Part shown: positions 1 through 13,000 of the stretch, one piece after another
How the letters are laid out: each line of letters opens with the position of its first letter
Numbering within the stretch: the first letter of the stretch is position 1
Assembly: GCA_047495785.1 (NCBI GenBank)
Contig: JBLDXI010000029.1
Location: 1,116,001 to 1,180,000, forward strand
Length of the DNA: 64,000 nt
Source of the DNA: Lepidodermella squamata
Taxonomy: Eukaryota; Animalia; Gastrotricha
Direction of reading: 5' to 3'
Made by a program: the position numbers and the translations under genes
Notes under the pieces: model-generated
The model's input: only the letters and a program-made list of their open reading frames with translations
The model's database searches: none
Told to the model about the DNA's origin: nothing

Positions 1-3000
1 ATGTCGAACCTAACAGCTACGACAACTCGACTCGTGACAACACTGAGTAAGAAAATTGAGCATTTCTCATCTGATTTTCATTTCATTCTTATGTGTAGGT
101 ACAACAACAGCTAGGACGAGTATGCGTACCATTCAGGGTTATGAGTCATCTAAAAAAGTTTATCTGATCAGCAACAGGTCCTAGTACAACAACAGCCCGG
201 ACTACCACTGGATTAACTACTACAGTTATTACGACAACAAGTCTAACGACTACTACTGCCAGGTCCAACGTTACTGCTCCTACACTGCCAAACATCATAA
301 TCGTCACAGTACCTTATATCGTAACGATTCCAACACCTGTCGGTGGCTGCAACTGCACTACCCCAGATTGGGCAACAATTCTCGGCCAAATCTATGGCAA
401 TCTTTCCTTGCTTTGGCGGAACGCTTCATTCAACATTTTCAACAACGTGAATGTCAATCCAGCTCCGATTAACATTGGAGCTCCTGTAATTTCTGTTTCA
501 ATCGGCACTCCTGTTGTGGCTCCACCGGCCCCTCCGCCGCCACCACCTTCAATCTGGATTCCAGTTATTCCAATCGCACTGCCTCCACCTCCTCCAACAA
601 TCATTCTAGTCCCACCTCCAGTCTACCAATCCATAAATCCGATATTCATACTTCAACCTTTTGTGACTCCCTACGCCTATCCACAGTATCAGATTGTCTA
701 TAATAACTTCCAATGTTTAGCCACATTTGGCTCGATCAGCTTACCATTCGATGCTTTTTCTCGAGGCATAGTCGGGGATGCGATAATACTCAATGGCCGG
801 AATCAATTCATCACAGTAACACCACCTTCGTGTAACAGCTGTTTTGGCAATATGGGCAGGTGTTCGAACGGAATGACAATGTGCACCTGGTACATGCCAC
901 TCGCCGTATCTGCGGTGGATCAATACGTCTTTTCCGGGTTCGGAGTAATGACTGCGACGAACCAGCCCCAAATTGCGATGATTCAGACATCTACGCTTGG
1001 GCTTCAAGTATACGTTTCAGCAGGGCAAAGTAATGCATACTACCTGGCTAATTCCGGCGCGAATACCTTGAAACCTACGGCATGGTCTTATGTTTGCTTC
1101 TCTTACCAGCAAAATACTGGGATCAATCTTTACATCAACGGAATGTGTCAATCTTGTGCAAATCCTAATATGGGCCTCTACTACATGAACTTCAATCAGC
1201 AATTTCAGTCTCAGCCTGTGTTTCCAAGCTTTACCTATGCCGCCCCATCTTCAAGCCAGTGCTCATTCTACATTGGAAGGCCGAGTTATGCGTTGGGGAC
1301 TGGGACTAGCACAGGTTATGGAAGATTTGGCTTGGACCAATTTCAAGTTTGGCAAACAGCTTTGTCACCAATCGCCATCTATCAGCTATACACCACTGCT
1401 CAGCCGTCATTCCAGTGGGCAGCAAATCTTGCCCCGCCTATAGGGATCGGCTCTTTATTAGGCTTAGCAACGTTCAACCAAGGCTACAATGGCATGTCGC
1501 TGCAATGCGCAAGAGCTGGGGATGGTCTAGTTTGGAATCAGCCATTTTACACGGCTAATATTGCTCCAGTTCAACCAACTTATTCGACGTACTACAGCGA
1601 AGCTATGACTGCGACTTTTAAGTTTCAGTTGCTTCAACCGACCACGCAATACGTTCAGCCATTAACAGCTCAACCGTACGCGTTTTATTACGATACGCCT
1701 GTATTTGCTCTGACTCTTCCGCAAACCACGCAGCAAGTTCAGTATGCTAGTTTCGTCAACGCACCACCGAAGCTGGCACTATCTTTCGACCCCATTGCCG
1801 GATTTCGAGCGATCTATTGGACTAACGGAAGTATTTGGGCTATTAATGGAACTCCGAGTTTTTCGTTAGCCAATGTATTTACTACATCAGGGCAGCAAAA
1901 TTACTACACCCAGCCGCTGTATGTCGCATCCAGTGCTACCCCGCAATCACTGACCCCGTGGCAAGAAGTTTTGATCAGAGCAAGCCCAGCAAATGGTCTT
2001 CAACTATTCGTCGATGGCTCGTTGGCAGGTCTTGGACAGATAGTGACTAGCGGGGTCCCAATGTTTGGTCGGAATGGCCATGCTAGACAGGCGGGGTCTT
2101 ACTACTACTATTCCATCCCTAGCGCAAGCATCGACATTTCAAAGCTGAACATGTACCTCTGTTCGCCAACATCTTCGCCGTGGTTTTACCAGCCTAATCA
2201 ACTCTTCCCCATGCGGATAGACAATCTTCAATTATGGCCAGCTTATTTGGCTGATCCATCGATAAATTCCGCGTTCATGAGAAGTAAGTCTTTCAAATAC
2301 CTGTGATTTTATTAAGTTAAGATTCCATTTCAGATAATTATGGGTACCTTTCGTTGACTGGAGGCTACTTCTTCCTACCAACAGATACTGGAATGAGACA
2401 AGTCCCCTTTGCCATAACTGGGAACCCTTTCCAAATATCATCTCCCTTCGGTCCTGCTGTGCAGTTTCAAGGGAATGATCAAATCCGAGCTGCATTCACG
2501 CCAACGTTGTGTTACTTCAGCCCACAATACTGCACGAATGGCTTCACACTATGCACCCAGATTTTCACGAGAAGTTACGCTACTGGTGGCCCGATCTTTT
2601 CAAACTTAGTCAGCACTACCTCGGACGGGTTGCTGCTGTATTTAAATGCAAATGGGACATTGACGGCTTATGTTCACTACGGAAATGCTGTTTGGCTTGG
2701 GAGTTCAAGGATCACTCTGACTATTAGCGCTTATAACAATTTGTGCTTTAGTTGGAGTCCGGGTGGTGGTATACATTTGAGTTTGAACGGAGTTTGTGCT
2801 ATAATCGTAAGCTGCCCCCAGCAGTTTTATGGACCAAGACCGAGCGCAACTCAGAGCCAAACTGCCATGCTAGTGATAGGAACTGGCACTTACTCTGCAA
2901 ATGCTCCTGGGAATTCGTTCTGGCAGATCGTAAATGGCCAAGCAATTCCTATCATCAACCCTCGCCAAAATCAGAGGCCAGGGCAAAATGCGGAGTCTCT

Positions 3001-3624
3001 ATCGTATGTATTGGCTGATATAAAACTGTGGAACTCAAAATTTTATCCAGCTGAGTTATATCGTAAGTGCCTATTGATCTTTCCCCAGCCGTTATATTCG
3101 CGATCTTTTTCAGCTAAATCTGATGAGCATAGCTTCCATACTCAGAGCCGATCACTCAGGCAGAATGAGCAGAAAGAACCAGTTAAGGAAGCTCTTAGGT
3201 CAAATCAGCCTAAGGCAACTGTCGTCACGCAGCAATTCAACTGGCTACCTGTTGCAATTGTTACTGCTGTGTTTGTAGTAGCCTTAACAACATGGTTAGT
3301 ATCTCTGTAACCTGAATCTTTCCGATAAAAATATGTTTGTTTATAATTTTCAGCTTGATAGTTCTGTTCACGATCAAAGACAATTTTTCGAGATCGCAAA
3401 AGCTTCTAGAATCAAGGCGGCTTTGTGCCATTGCTCAAGCTCGGCGAGCTAATAGGGCTGCGGTGTTTTGCTATTACGGAGACAGCAGTAGATTCAGACC
3501 GCGATATAATCAAACGGCTCCAGACGAATTAAATCCAAATTTCAATATGGCGGTTGCTTTTTCTCCGCATGGTAACTATTTTCCGCAAGGACGGCAGCAT
3601 CATCGACGCGAGACTGTTCTTTGA
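1..3624 (+). CDS. Single-pass membrane protein with a Thr-rich mucin-like region, a Pro-rich segment and about three LamG/pentraxin-like (ConA-like) domains; 5' end probably outside the window
   Basis: Spliced model: exons ..46, 99-119, 178-2283, 2334-3062, 3114-3294, 3354-3624, joined by ~50-60 nt GT-AG introns; the 2283/2334 junction keeps frame. Thr-rich run PSTTTARTTT..., poly-Pro, LamG-like motifs (CFGNMGRCSNGMTMCTW, WSYVCFSY..GINLYING, LDQFQVW; LQLFVDG..IDNLQLW; YCTNGFTLCT..NLCFSW..IHLSLNG..LADIKLW), hydrophobic WLPVAIVTAVFVVALTT-LIVLF near the C-terminus; AATAAA at ~3666. Confidence 0.75.
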
Positions 3625-3731
3625 AATTCGATAAATTTTTTATTCTTTTGATGAACGTTCACTACAATAAACGAACCTATGATCCGATTCCGATGGTGTA
3701 CCAAGAAGTTAGCTTGAGGGAGGTCATCGCA

Positions 3732-3813
3732 GCTGCTATGCCCGAGTGGTTAAGGGGTCTGACTTGAAATCAGATGCGGTCTCCGCGCGTAGGTTCAAAT
3801 CCTACTGGCAGCG
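3732..3813 (+). tRNA. tRNA-Ser(TGA)
   Basis: Acceptor stem GCTGCTA/TGGCAGC, anticodon arm TCTGA-CTTGAAA-TCAGA, long variable arm, GGTTCAAATCC, downstream T-run. Confidence 0.95.
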
Positions 3814-4024
3814 ATCTTTTTGATGAAGATAAACTAGGAAGTCTTAGAAAGTCTAGGTTGCCAAATTATCGTTTTATTTACTATAAAAAGCTTTGCTAAA
3901 TTACTAACGAGAATATTCAACATTCAATAGGTGAGGATTTTCAACATAGGTTGTCATAGATTGCCAGGGGATACCAGAGATGATACCCAAGTAAAATAGC
4001 CGAATTGTCAGAACTGTCAAACAC

Positions 4025-4606
4025 TCAATTTAATAAGAAACGACTGCTGCTTCGACCTAGAATAATTTTTTTCACGATTTCGTTCAGTCGCTGAGGTTGA
4101 CTGTTCAACGGCATGCGGATAACAAGTTCGCCGTTCTTCAAGTTTACTTCGATGCGAATTCCATCGCTCACGTCCATGGTTATACTTGAGATTAATTAAA
4201 CGAATTAAATTGCTGTTATTGCCATTATCCGCAGCAATTACCTGTGGTCTGGAATGTGCTGATAGTGGCTGTTGAAAAATTGAACGTAATATTTAAACTG
4301 AAATTGTATCTGCTTAAGGCTTACTTGGCATCGATATCCTCGATGGGAAAGGCTTAGTAGAATATTTCAATAGCTGTCCCTGAATATTATGGGTGATTAC
4401 ATACCTGATTTTACGCATTTCTTCCATAATTTTCCGAGAGCTTTGCTTTCATGCTCGGGTTTGAAAGTGACAACGGTAGAGTGATCCATCGCAAACGGAG
4501 CTGTAACTCCATTTTCAAGCGAGCAATCTAGGCTCGTAATTAGTTCACACGAAATGCCTGCCTCTTGCTCAGTAAAATTCGAGACAATTTTCGCGATTGC
4601 ATTCAT
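4025..4606 (-). CDS. Small orphan protein, paralog A (4 exons)
   Basis: First exon MNAIAKIVSNF...VTFKPEHESKALGKLWKKCVKS followed by GTATGT; two short internal exons; last exon ITMDVSDGIRIEVNLKNGELVIRMPLNSQPQRLNEIVKKI...stop. Aligns exon by exon with 7725-8226. Confidence 0.65.
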
Positions 4607-5161
4607 GGCATAGGAATGAGTTAAAAAAATGCGCCAAGTCGACTTTCTGTTCAAGTGCTAAAACCGAAAAAGAATCATCAGATAAATTTAATTTAAGCAG
4701 TATGCACCACCATGAATTTTCCTTGGTCAATTTGATCGAATGGGTTGTACTAATGTGTTTCACCACTCAGCTTCTGCCAGGGTAATTTCGCAGACGACGC
4801 TGATAAATCGCTAGGGAGAGCGTTTGCGTCATTCAATCGAGAGGCAGCTTTTGCCAGATAACTACTCAAAGTACCGAAAATGCATCGGGAAATAAACAGC
4901 TTCGAAATAGAAGGATTGATCTAGTTTTATTGTATATCTCCTTGTAAGTTTGAAAATCTTTCAAAATCAGCAAACTGGAAGAAAGTTACCGATAAGAGCA
5001 ACTCCTGACTCATTTGGCCAAACCAACAATCATAAAAAAACTTTGACAAAAGAAAAGAGGGATATGAATCAAGGATGAAGCAGCCACGTTATATATATAG
5101 CTGGCAGATTGAAACGTGTTCAAGCTTTAGCACATGTATAAACCTATTAACGTCATGCAAC

Positions 5162-7480
5162 ATGAAAATGCCGTCCAACTTACTAACTCTTCTAACACTG
5201 ATTTTCGCTCCTGCCAAGATCTTCACTCAAACAGGTAAAAAATTCAGAAATAGCAGTTTGACCCTATAGCAACATGATTACGTATAATTAGCTGACAATC
5301 CATACATTTGCGAAAATGGAGTTAACTCGAGAGTCACTGCAATTTCGAGAGCTTCCGTCAGCGGACGGGCTAACAGTGCAGACATTCCGTCACAAGTTCT
5401 CATTGAAATTGTGGGATCCTCATCAATATGCGGCGGTGCAATTATCGGTTCCCGCTACATTTTAACTACTGCTAATTGCTTTTATGAGAGGTAGTTTTCT
5501 GTGGTAAATTTTCGACTTTTACTAAGTCAAATTTCCTCAACCAGGACATCGACAAAAAACCGTATTCCGGAGAGCAGAATCAAAGTCTTAGCAGGAACTA
5601 TTTTGAGGAATGACACTAGGCCTCGCATTGACGTCAGCCGGATAGATATCCATCCACGTTATAGATCAGGGGATTTTGACTATAATTACGCAATAGTCAT
5701 GCTTGCAAGTTTGAACCATCGATTTTTTATGACAAAAATTGTGACAATTTTACCTTACTAGAACCTCTCAACTGGTCATCCACTGTTGCACCTGTTTGCT
5801 TGCCCGCCAACTGCTCGCAAGAAACCGAGGCCAATAGTTTATGCATGATAAGGTGAGCTGATGAGTTAAACTCCACCAGATGCCATTTCGGCCAATTTAA
5901 AGCGGATGGGGAACATCCCGTGAAGCAGAATCAGCCCAGTATTCGGAAGTCCTTCGATTTGGCAAGGTTCCTATCGCCGATCGTCCGGCCTGTGAAACAA
6001 TGGAGGGGCTAAGTGGAATTTCTGTAACGAATCGCATGGTAAGATCAATACTTTCCCTTATATCGGTACTCGTTTCAATAACTAATCCTTAGATATGCGC
6101 TGGATATTCTGGTGAGAGAATGAATGTCTAGGTGTTGAACCATTTTTGATTGTTTGCATTTTAAGATGGATCTGGAGCGGAAACTTGCGCAGTAAGAAGA
6201 CATGGCCAATATGCGTTTTACTTATCTCTTTACTTTTGAAGAGTGACATCGGAGGTCCGTTAGCATGCTCTACGAGATCAGGCTATTCTCTTCTAGTAGG
6301 CCTGTTCAGCTGGGGTGTACGGTTGGTTTTTTGCTTGTTTTAATTTGTTGCTTAACAGTACAGTTGTAACTTGCAGTTGCAACGTGTTTCGTGCTTACGG
6401 AGTATACAGCCGGTAGGAACTAAGGGCATAACCTAGAAACTCTATCAATGCTCTTTTCAATAAGCGTTTGCGTTGAAGTAAGCTGGATACTAAATATCAC
6501 CCAAACTCGGCGTCCTACTACGGTGCCTTCAACTTTACCAACTTCAACTTTAACAACTTTAACAACTTTACCAACTACTATCATGGCTTCGAATAGCAAA
6601 TGCGGAACGAACAAATACAGTAGCAATTCGGATCTGCTAATTGCGAGAGAAGACGAGTTCCCTTGGATGGTGCGTATGATCATTTACGGTACAGGCAGGC
6701 GGTCTGTGTTAAAAATATGTGCCGCAACCCTTGTCAGTGATCAATGGCTGATAACATCTGCTCAGTGTGTCTTCTCTTCGGAAGTCGAGTAAGAACTGAA
6801 TACTGGCTTTTTGGATGATTTTAAGATTTCGGTTTTTTAAAGGAATTCAAATATTGATATTCAGCTTGGTTTAACGAAGTTGAACACCATCTCAGGTTCG
6901 AGTAACGCATCCGTTGAAAAAATCGAGATTCACCCACTCTATTCTGACGAAACTAACAACTACGATTTCGCTCTCGTACAGTTGAAAGGTACAGAAATTA
7001 AGCTCACTTTTCCAAGTAAAAAATGATGTGTTTTCAGTTCCTGTAAGAGTAAGCGAAAAGATCCGGCCTGCCTGCCTCCCACTACAATGTGAGCCGACAT
7101 CGAGTTCCAACTGCTTAACCATGGGCTGGGCCTCTTTAAGCACAAATTCTGATACTCAAATGAAGAAATCGGCCGTAATCCTGAACGACTGTGAGAATGA
7201 TGAATCATCGAGTGACAAAAAGTACTGCATCACTACGCGGCGTGGAGATCTTTGCCAGGTATGTATTTGCAAAAACTCCTCCCGTTGATCTACTGGTTCC
7301 ATTTGTTCACAGGCTGACCTAGGCGGGCCTTTGGTCTGCAGGGCTGACAACAGCGCTGGTTACGTCATTCAAGGGGTGGCATCGACAGCTCCGCAAGGAT
7401 GCTCTTCCGGGAACAAAGTGGTTTACGCCAAGCCTTGTGAAGTCTTTCAAGACTGGATTAAAGGCATAATTGGTGCATGA
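5162..7480 (+). CDS. Secreted protein with two tandem trypsin-like (S1A) domains, both non-catalytic, joined by a Thr-rich linker
   Basis: Signal-like MKMPSNLLTLLTLIFAPA; domain 1 CGGAIIGSRYILTTANC, IHPRY..DYNYAIVML, PVCLP, ICAG, SDIGGPLAC; linker RRPTTVPSTLPTSTLTT; domain 2 EFPWMV, CAATLVSDQWLITSAQC, NYDFALVQL, RPACLP, MGW, ADLGGPLVC; many ~50 nt introns; TGA at 7478-7480. Confidence 0.85.
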
Positions 7481-7724
7481 TTTGGATCCGCTCACAGACA
7501 CGCTTGAATATCCTAGAATAAACTATCATATCCATGCAAAACTGATCTAACCTGTTGAATGAGTATAACTTCACTCGATCCTATAAGCCTAAGCTCACGA
7601 CAGGATTGAATGAAAAGGCTTATAAAATGTTTACAAATTTGATTACCCAGTGGATAACCGAAAATTTATTCGCATAATTTTTCAACTGGTCAAATAAATC
7701 TAAAATCATGTCTGTCTATCTATT

Positions 7725-8226
7725 TTACTCTGCTTGAGTGATTTTGTTTACGACATCGATAAGCCGCTGCGGAGGACAATTCCGTGGCATGTGAATCGAA
7801 AGGCAGCCAGTTCGCAAATACACGTGAAGCTGAATGCAGTCTCCAATGTCGATAACCATCCTATAGTAAAATTGGTTAAAAGTTCAACAAAAACACGGTG
7901 ATCTAACCTGTTGTCAGGAAAACGCTGGTAGCGACTAAGAAAAAATGATTAATGGTGAAATCAGAAATAATTTTTCCTCGAGATCTTACTGATTTTCAGG
8001 TGTTCCTGGTGGGTATGCTGAAAATTCCGGATTAATTCAATAATTAAACAATAAATCGTTTTTAATTACCGGCTTTAATCGAGCGTTTCCATAATTTTCC
8101 TAATAACTTGCTACCCCGCTCAGGTTTGAAAGTCATCGAAGTCCTGTCAAGGCTGATAACCGGTTTGCAAGCAATGCCCATCCTTCGCTCAGTGAAACTC
8201 GTCACAACGTCGGCTACAACGTCCAT
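7725..8226 (-). CDS. Small orphan protein, paralog B (4 exons)
   Basis: MDVVADVVTSF...MTFKPERGSKLLGKLWKRSIKA followed by GTAATT; last exon MVIDIGDCIQLHVYLRTGCLSIHMPRNCPPQRLIDVVNKITQAE-stop; last-exon phase matches paralog A. Confidence 0.65.
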
Positions 8227-8599
8227 TATTACTTTGTCTTGAGAGAAATAGAGTAAAAAAGAACAAAATCTTAGACGCATGACCAGCCTGTGTTCAGGTA
8301 TATTGCCCCGTCTCTTGGGTAAACATTTGTCGTGATCGTCATTTTTTTAATTGAATTCAAACATTTTTCCATCAATCACAGCGGTATTGTAAAATTCATT
8401 TTTTTTCGTTCAGGTGCAAAAAGGACCTTAGTTGAACCATTTTTTTTCTCAGTGATTTGAAAAAGAAATTTACGGAAAAGTAGGCGATAAAAAATTTCAG
8501 CGTGAGAAGGGTGTCGTCTCGGGTTATAGATATAGTCGAGTGATAATTTGCATAAAAGTTATTTGGTAACAGCTTCACTGCGAGTAAAACGGCGACACG

Positions 8600-11500
8600 T
8601 TCACGTTGTTCAGCAATTTAATTCAGGTCATCAACGGCGGGATGCGCGCGTTGCGTGCGGCAATATAAAACTTATTTAGGTCATGATGTAATAAAAATAA
8701 CGCTGTTGGTTGGGTCAAACCTCTCCGTCTTGTTCTGCGCCGTGTAAGAGAAATTCGAACGTTCATTTAACATCCGCGCCAGTTTTATTTAGCGTGACGC
8801 TGGACAATTTCCTTATGGTTGATGCGTTACTTGTCCTTATAGAACGTACACATTATGATTATTTTAGTGTTATAGTAGTAGTCGTATAGTATAGGCTGTG
8901 ACTGAGCAATATAAAATTCAAGCCTTTTTATTACCGACCCGGCCGGGTTGTGACACACACACTGCACCGTAAACAACGCGTTTCTTAATGCAGAAGATGC
9001 GTTTTCTATAAAATATAAAGCAGGCTGAACACATCACCCGAACGATCGTGTGTCGCGCCCTCTTTCACACAGTAGGTAGGTGTATTTTATAAAGATACTG
9101 AATAACATTAATTCTAAACGCACCCACTACTGCTATTACAAAAACAGTAGTAGCCGCTCACCCAAACAGCATCAGCGTTATATTCTTCGTTTGAATTGAT
9201 GTATAATCAGATTAAATGGCTCGTGCACAGGTGATGTGAATAGATGATATTACGTACGTTATTATGTTGCGCGATGTCTTCTCCTCCTTCACCGCTGTAA
9301 ACCTCGCTCAGAGCAGAGCAGAGCAGCAGCAGTGTGTAATCTTCTGCGCGCATTTTGTGTTCTGGCGACGTATTATTATCATAACAACGAAGACGTGTGT
9401 ATGTATGTGTTTGTATCATCAGGGGTGGGGCTTCACTCGTGTTTCGCTTCTCATCGACTTGAAAGCTTTATGGCGGATTTTTGTCTCTCCCTCTCGCTGC
9501 ACTACCTGCGTATAGAGCGCGCAAATTTTAACGCTATTACTATTATTACTGTTTTAATAAAATACAATGTAGCAGACGTACAAATCACGTTACGTATTAC
9601 AGAGGGCTGATATTAGTTTCAGGCAGCTATTTCGGTTAGCTACAGGTATTTCAAGAAGCATATATTTTCATTCGGTACAACTTCCTCTTACTATCCCCAC
9701 TAATATGTAACATTAGAACATTTTTTTTTAAATTTTCGATTTTTTCGATTTTTGGCAAAGTGCCCAAACATTCAAAGAACAAAGGCCCTACTAATTTTCA
9801 ATTTTTTCGTTTTTTTTCCCCTCATATTTGAGTCTCGTTTTTTTCAATTTGAAGTATAGTGGAAAGCACAAGAATTTACCCCACTTTTGAGCGAATTTTG
9901 GTATCTTCAAATTTTAGCAGGAAATCGAAACATTGACTCTGGATTTTTTAATATGTTGCCTCTGCATTTTAAACGGAAAGGCGATTTCAACGTGGAAATA
10001 TGCTATAAATTATTCTTAAGGTGGAATTTGTTATTTTTATCGCAACAGGAATGAGTTGGCAGAATTCAGGCTCGATCGATGAAAACTGATCAATTATTCA
10101 AGTGTTAAGTTTTCGCAGTTTACGGTTATAAAAACTGAGCTAAAATCAATCAACTCTGACATTGTATTGATAAAACGGAGTAACATTGGGAAAATAAGGT
10201 GAAAACCCAAAATTTCTCGAAATTCTCGTTTTAATAGCTCTGTCAGCAATTTTGCCCTGATTGACAGAACATCGGCATTGATACGCTGCTGAACTACTCT
10301 CGTGACCTCATAATGCTGAATTTTTCCATTTTTCGTCTCAATTTTCAATTTTCCCTTATTTTTCTATTAATTTCTCTTGAGGTTTTCTTTCACAACACGA
10401 GAGCTGCCTCAGAAAAGTTGTTGTTCGCCATCAGGTTATATAGCCGGTGGAAATTGGTACCCCTATATTGGACCGACAATAATGCCTATTTATTTGTGAT
10501 CGGTGTGAACTTGTTTGATATTCATCATGGAGAGCTCCGCATCAAACAATAATATAACCTTGTTTGTTATCGTACATGGGTAGTATACTATACCTCCTAT
10601 AGGTATAGCCAAACTTGTTCGCCGTTCGCAACGCTCGATTTTCATCATCATCGATATATAAATGGGCGAAATTCACGCGGTAAACAGTCATCGTGATGTA
10701 TGCGGAGCGCGCGCGAGATGACGGCGATGATTACCATTATTTATACCTATACACATCACAGCAATATCACTTGTGATTAGTAGTAGTCGTCGTATAGTGC
10801 GTATATTTTTATATTATATAAGAGAGCAGCCCAGCCCACGCTGTTGAGGAAAAATTGACGACGACGACGACGGCGGACGGCCAGGCCGGCGCGCGCGCAT
10901 TAGGACGGCGACTACACACACCTGTTGTACAGGTAGATTTATTATCCTCATCGTTCGCTCGTTCACCATTGCACACGTCGTCCGTCGTATCGACCCGTGC
11001 CGCTGCTATATGCAGTGTTTTTAAACGCGTTTGCGGCTGCTGCTGCTGCTGCTGCAGATCGGTAATAAGTACGCCGAATGAAGCCTTCCCAATTCACATC
11101 ATCGCATCGGCGCTACTTGTGTTAGAGCTAGAAAACACAAACATATGTAAACACAGTACTGTGAATATACTATAGGCAGTTGTAGTGCGACGAATGACTA
11201 AAATTGTACGCCGTGTATAAAATTCGCTGCTGCTGCTGCTGACAGCGAATATTTGACGACGACAGCACAGGGTGCAACAACGGCGCTGTTATACTTACTA
11301 GCCGCGCATCGATCGAATTCGTCGCCGCACGCATGCATCATGTATAACGGCATACGCGCAGTGGTTGCCGTTGAATAAAAGCCTGCTGTTTCACATCGCC
11401 GTTTTTATAAGCCTCGCTCGCTCGCTCGCTCACATCAAAACCGTGCGTTCGTCGCCGTCGTCATCGTTCGGCTTTCGTTCGTTCGCTCGCTCGCCGTCTT

Positions 11501-13000
11501 TTACAATATAATATAAATGTGCGACGACGTCTACCATTAATGCACACGATGACGAAAAGGCGTTTTCAATATACATCGCGTGGTCTCTTTGCTCTATCAT
11601 CCAGCCCATAGCCCAGCCCAACACGTCATTTCTTCGCGTTCATTTTGACAGGCGCATTAAGCTGTTTTGTCGCGTTTGTTTTGACCCGCGACTAGCGAGC
11701 AAGCATGCGCATCCAACATTCCGTCGCCAAATGATAAACGGATATTTCTATCTCCCTTTTTTAAACTAAAATTCGCTTGCTACACCTTGCGGCACAGTCA
11801 ATTAAATTATTTGTTCAAGTTTAAGCTGCCGAGATTTTAGCCGTTTATTCGCTCGAATTTCTGAACATTTTAATGTTAAAATTCTCGATATTTCGTTCGC
11901 ATTAATTTTTGCTTGAAAAATCCGTAAATTTTGATTAAGGCGGATTTTTTTATTTTTTTTTTATCCGTTTGTTTTTCTGTATTTTCCTTGAATATTCGTC
12001 GTTGATTATTTTAGTTTATTTTTGAAGTTGAAGATTACTTCAGAAATGTGAAATCGGTCGATATAGTGTAAAATTCTATTTTATCCGGCGCGTGGCCGAT
12101 TTGTCATGATTTTTTGTACTGTTCGAAGTGCGTATAAGAGGCTGAGCGATGTGCGAATACCCGCTTATCACTTGTCAATGGGTCGAATTTTATAGCGAGC
12201 AAAGGCCTTATATGTGTGTAATATAGTTTTTATTTATTACACACACGTCATCGGCGTTGCGCGGCGTGCGGCGCGGCCTGTTAACGAAAATATCATACGC
12301 TGCTCGTACAAAATGGGGCTGGTCAAATTGCTTGCTTGCTGCTTATAATGTGAGTGCCATACAGCACATGGTCGCGCTTATCTGCAATGTTCATTTTGCA
12401 CACAGCAGTACACACGATTTAGCTGTAACTTGTTTTATGACTTTAGATTACTACTACTACTACCACCACCGCCACCACCACCGCCGTCCACATTTGCTAG
12501 ACAGTTTATATAGTTAAGCAGCGAGCGAGCGAAACACCGAAAATTCTGTGCACAACACCACATCTCTCGCTATCACATCGTAGCTGTTTAGAAACACACC
12601 CAACAGCAGCAGCAGCTTTCTGCATCGTTGCCCGCAACAACATGTGCCGCGCGTTTTCTTTTTATACCATACGATATACGACTCGGCTGCTGCTGCTAAC
12701 TCACTACGTACTAACTCACTGATATTTCTCCGCTAAATATAACGCAAGTGCAAACTTGTCCTCAACATCGTTGAACAGGCCGCGTGATTATTAACCAATT
12801 GTATATAGGTATTAATTATTGTTATTAGGTATTACGTTAACGGGCTTATTGTAGAAAATTATTCCGTCTGTTCGACAAACGAACGACATTTACTGCAACG
12901 AGTTCGAAACACTTGCTATTTTTTTAAAATAATTTTTAAAGTTTATTTTGTTGAACGTTGCACCTGGTTTGTACTATATTATTAAACGTCCATTTTGGTC
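8600..13000. promoter_or_regulatory. Low-complexity, CpG-containing noncoding domain upstream of the trihelix gene (putative regulatory region / 5' UTR introns)
   Basis: No credible coding; short GCT, GAC, TAC and CGCT runs; composition like the SoxC desert and unlike the gene-dense blocks. Confidence 0.4.

Noticed and set aside
3732-3813. tRNA as selenocysteine or suppressor tRNA because of TGA
   Set aside because: TGA is the anticodon (reads UCA, Ser); tRNA-Sec has anticodon TCA and a longer acceptor stem.
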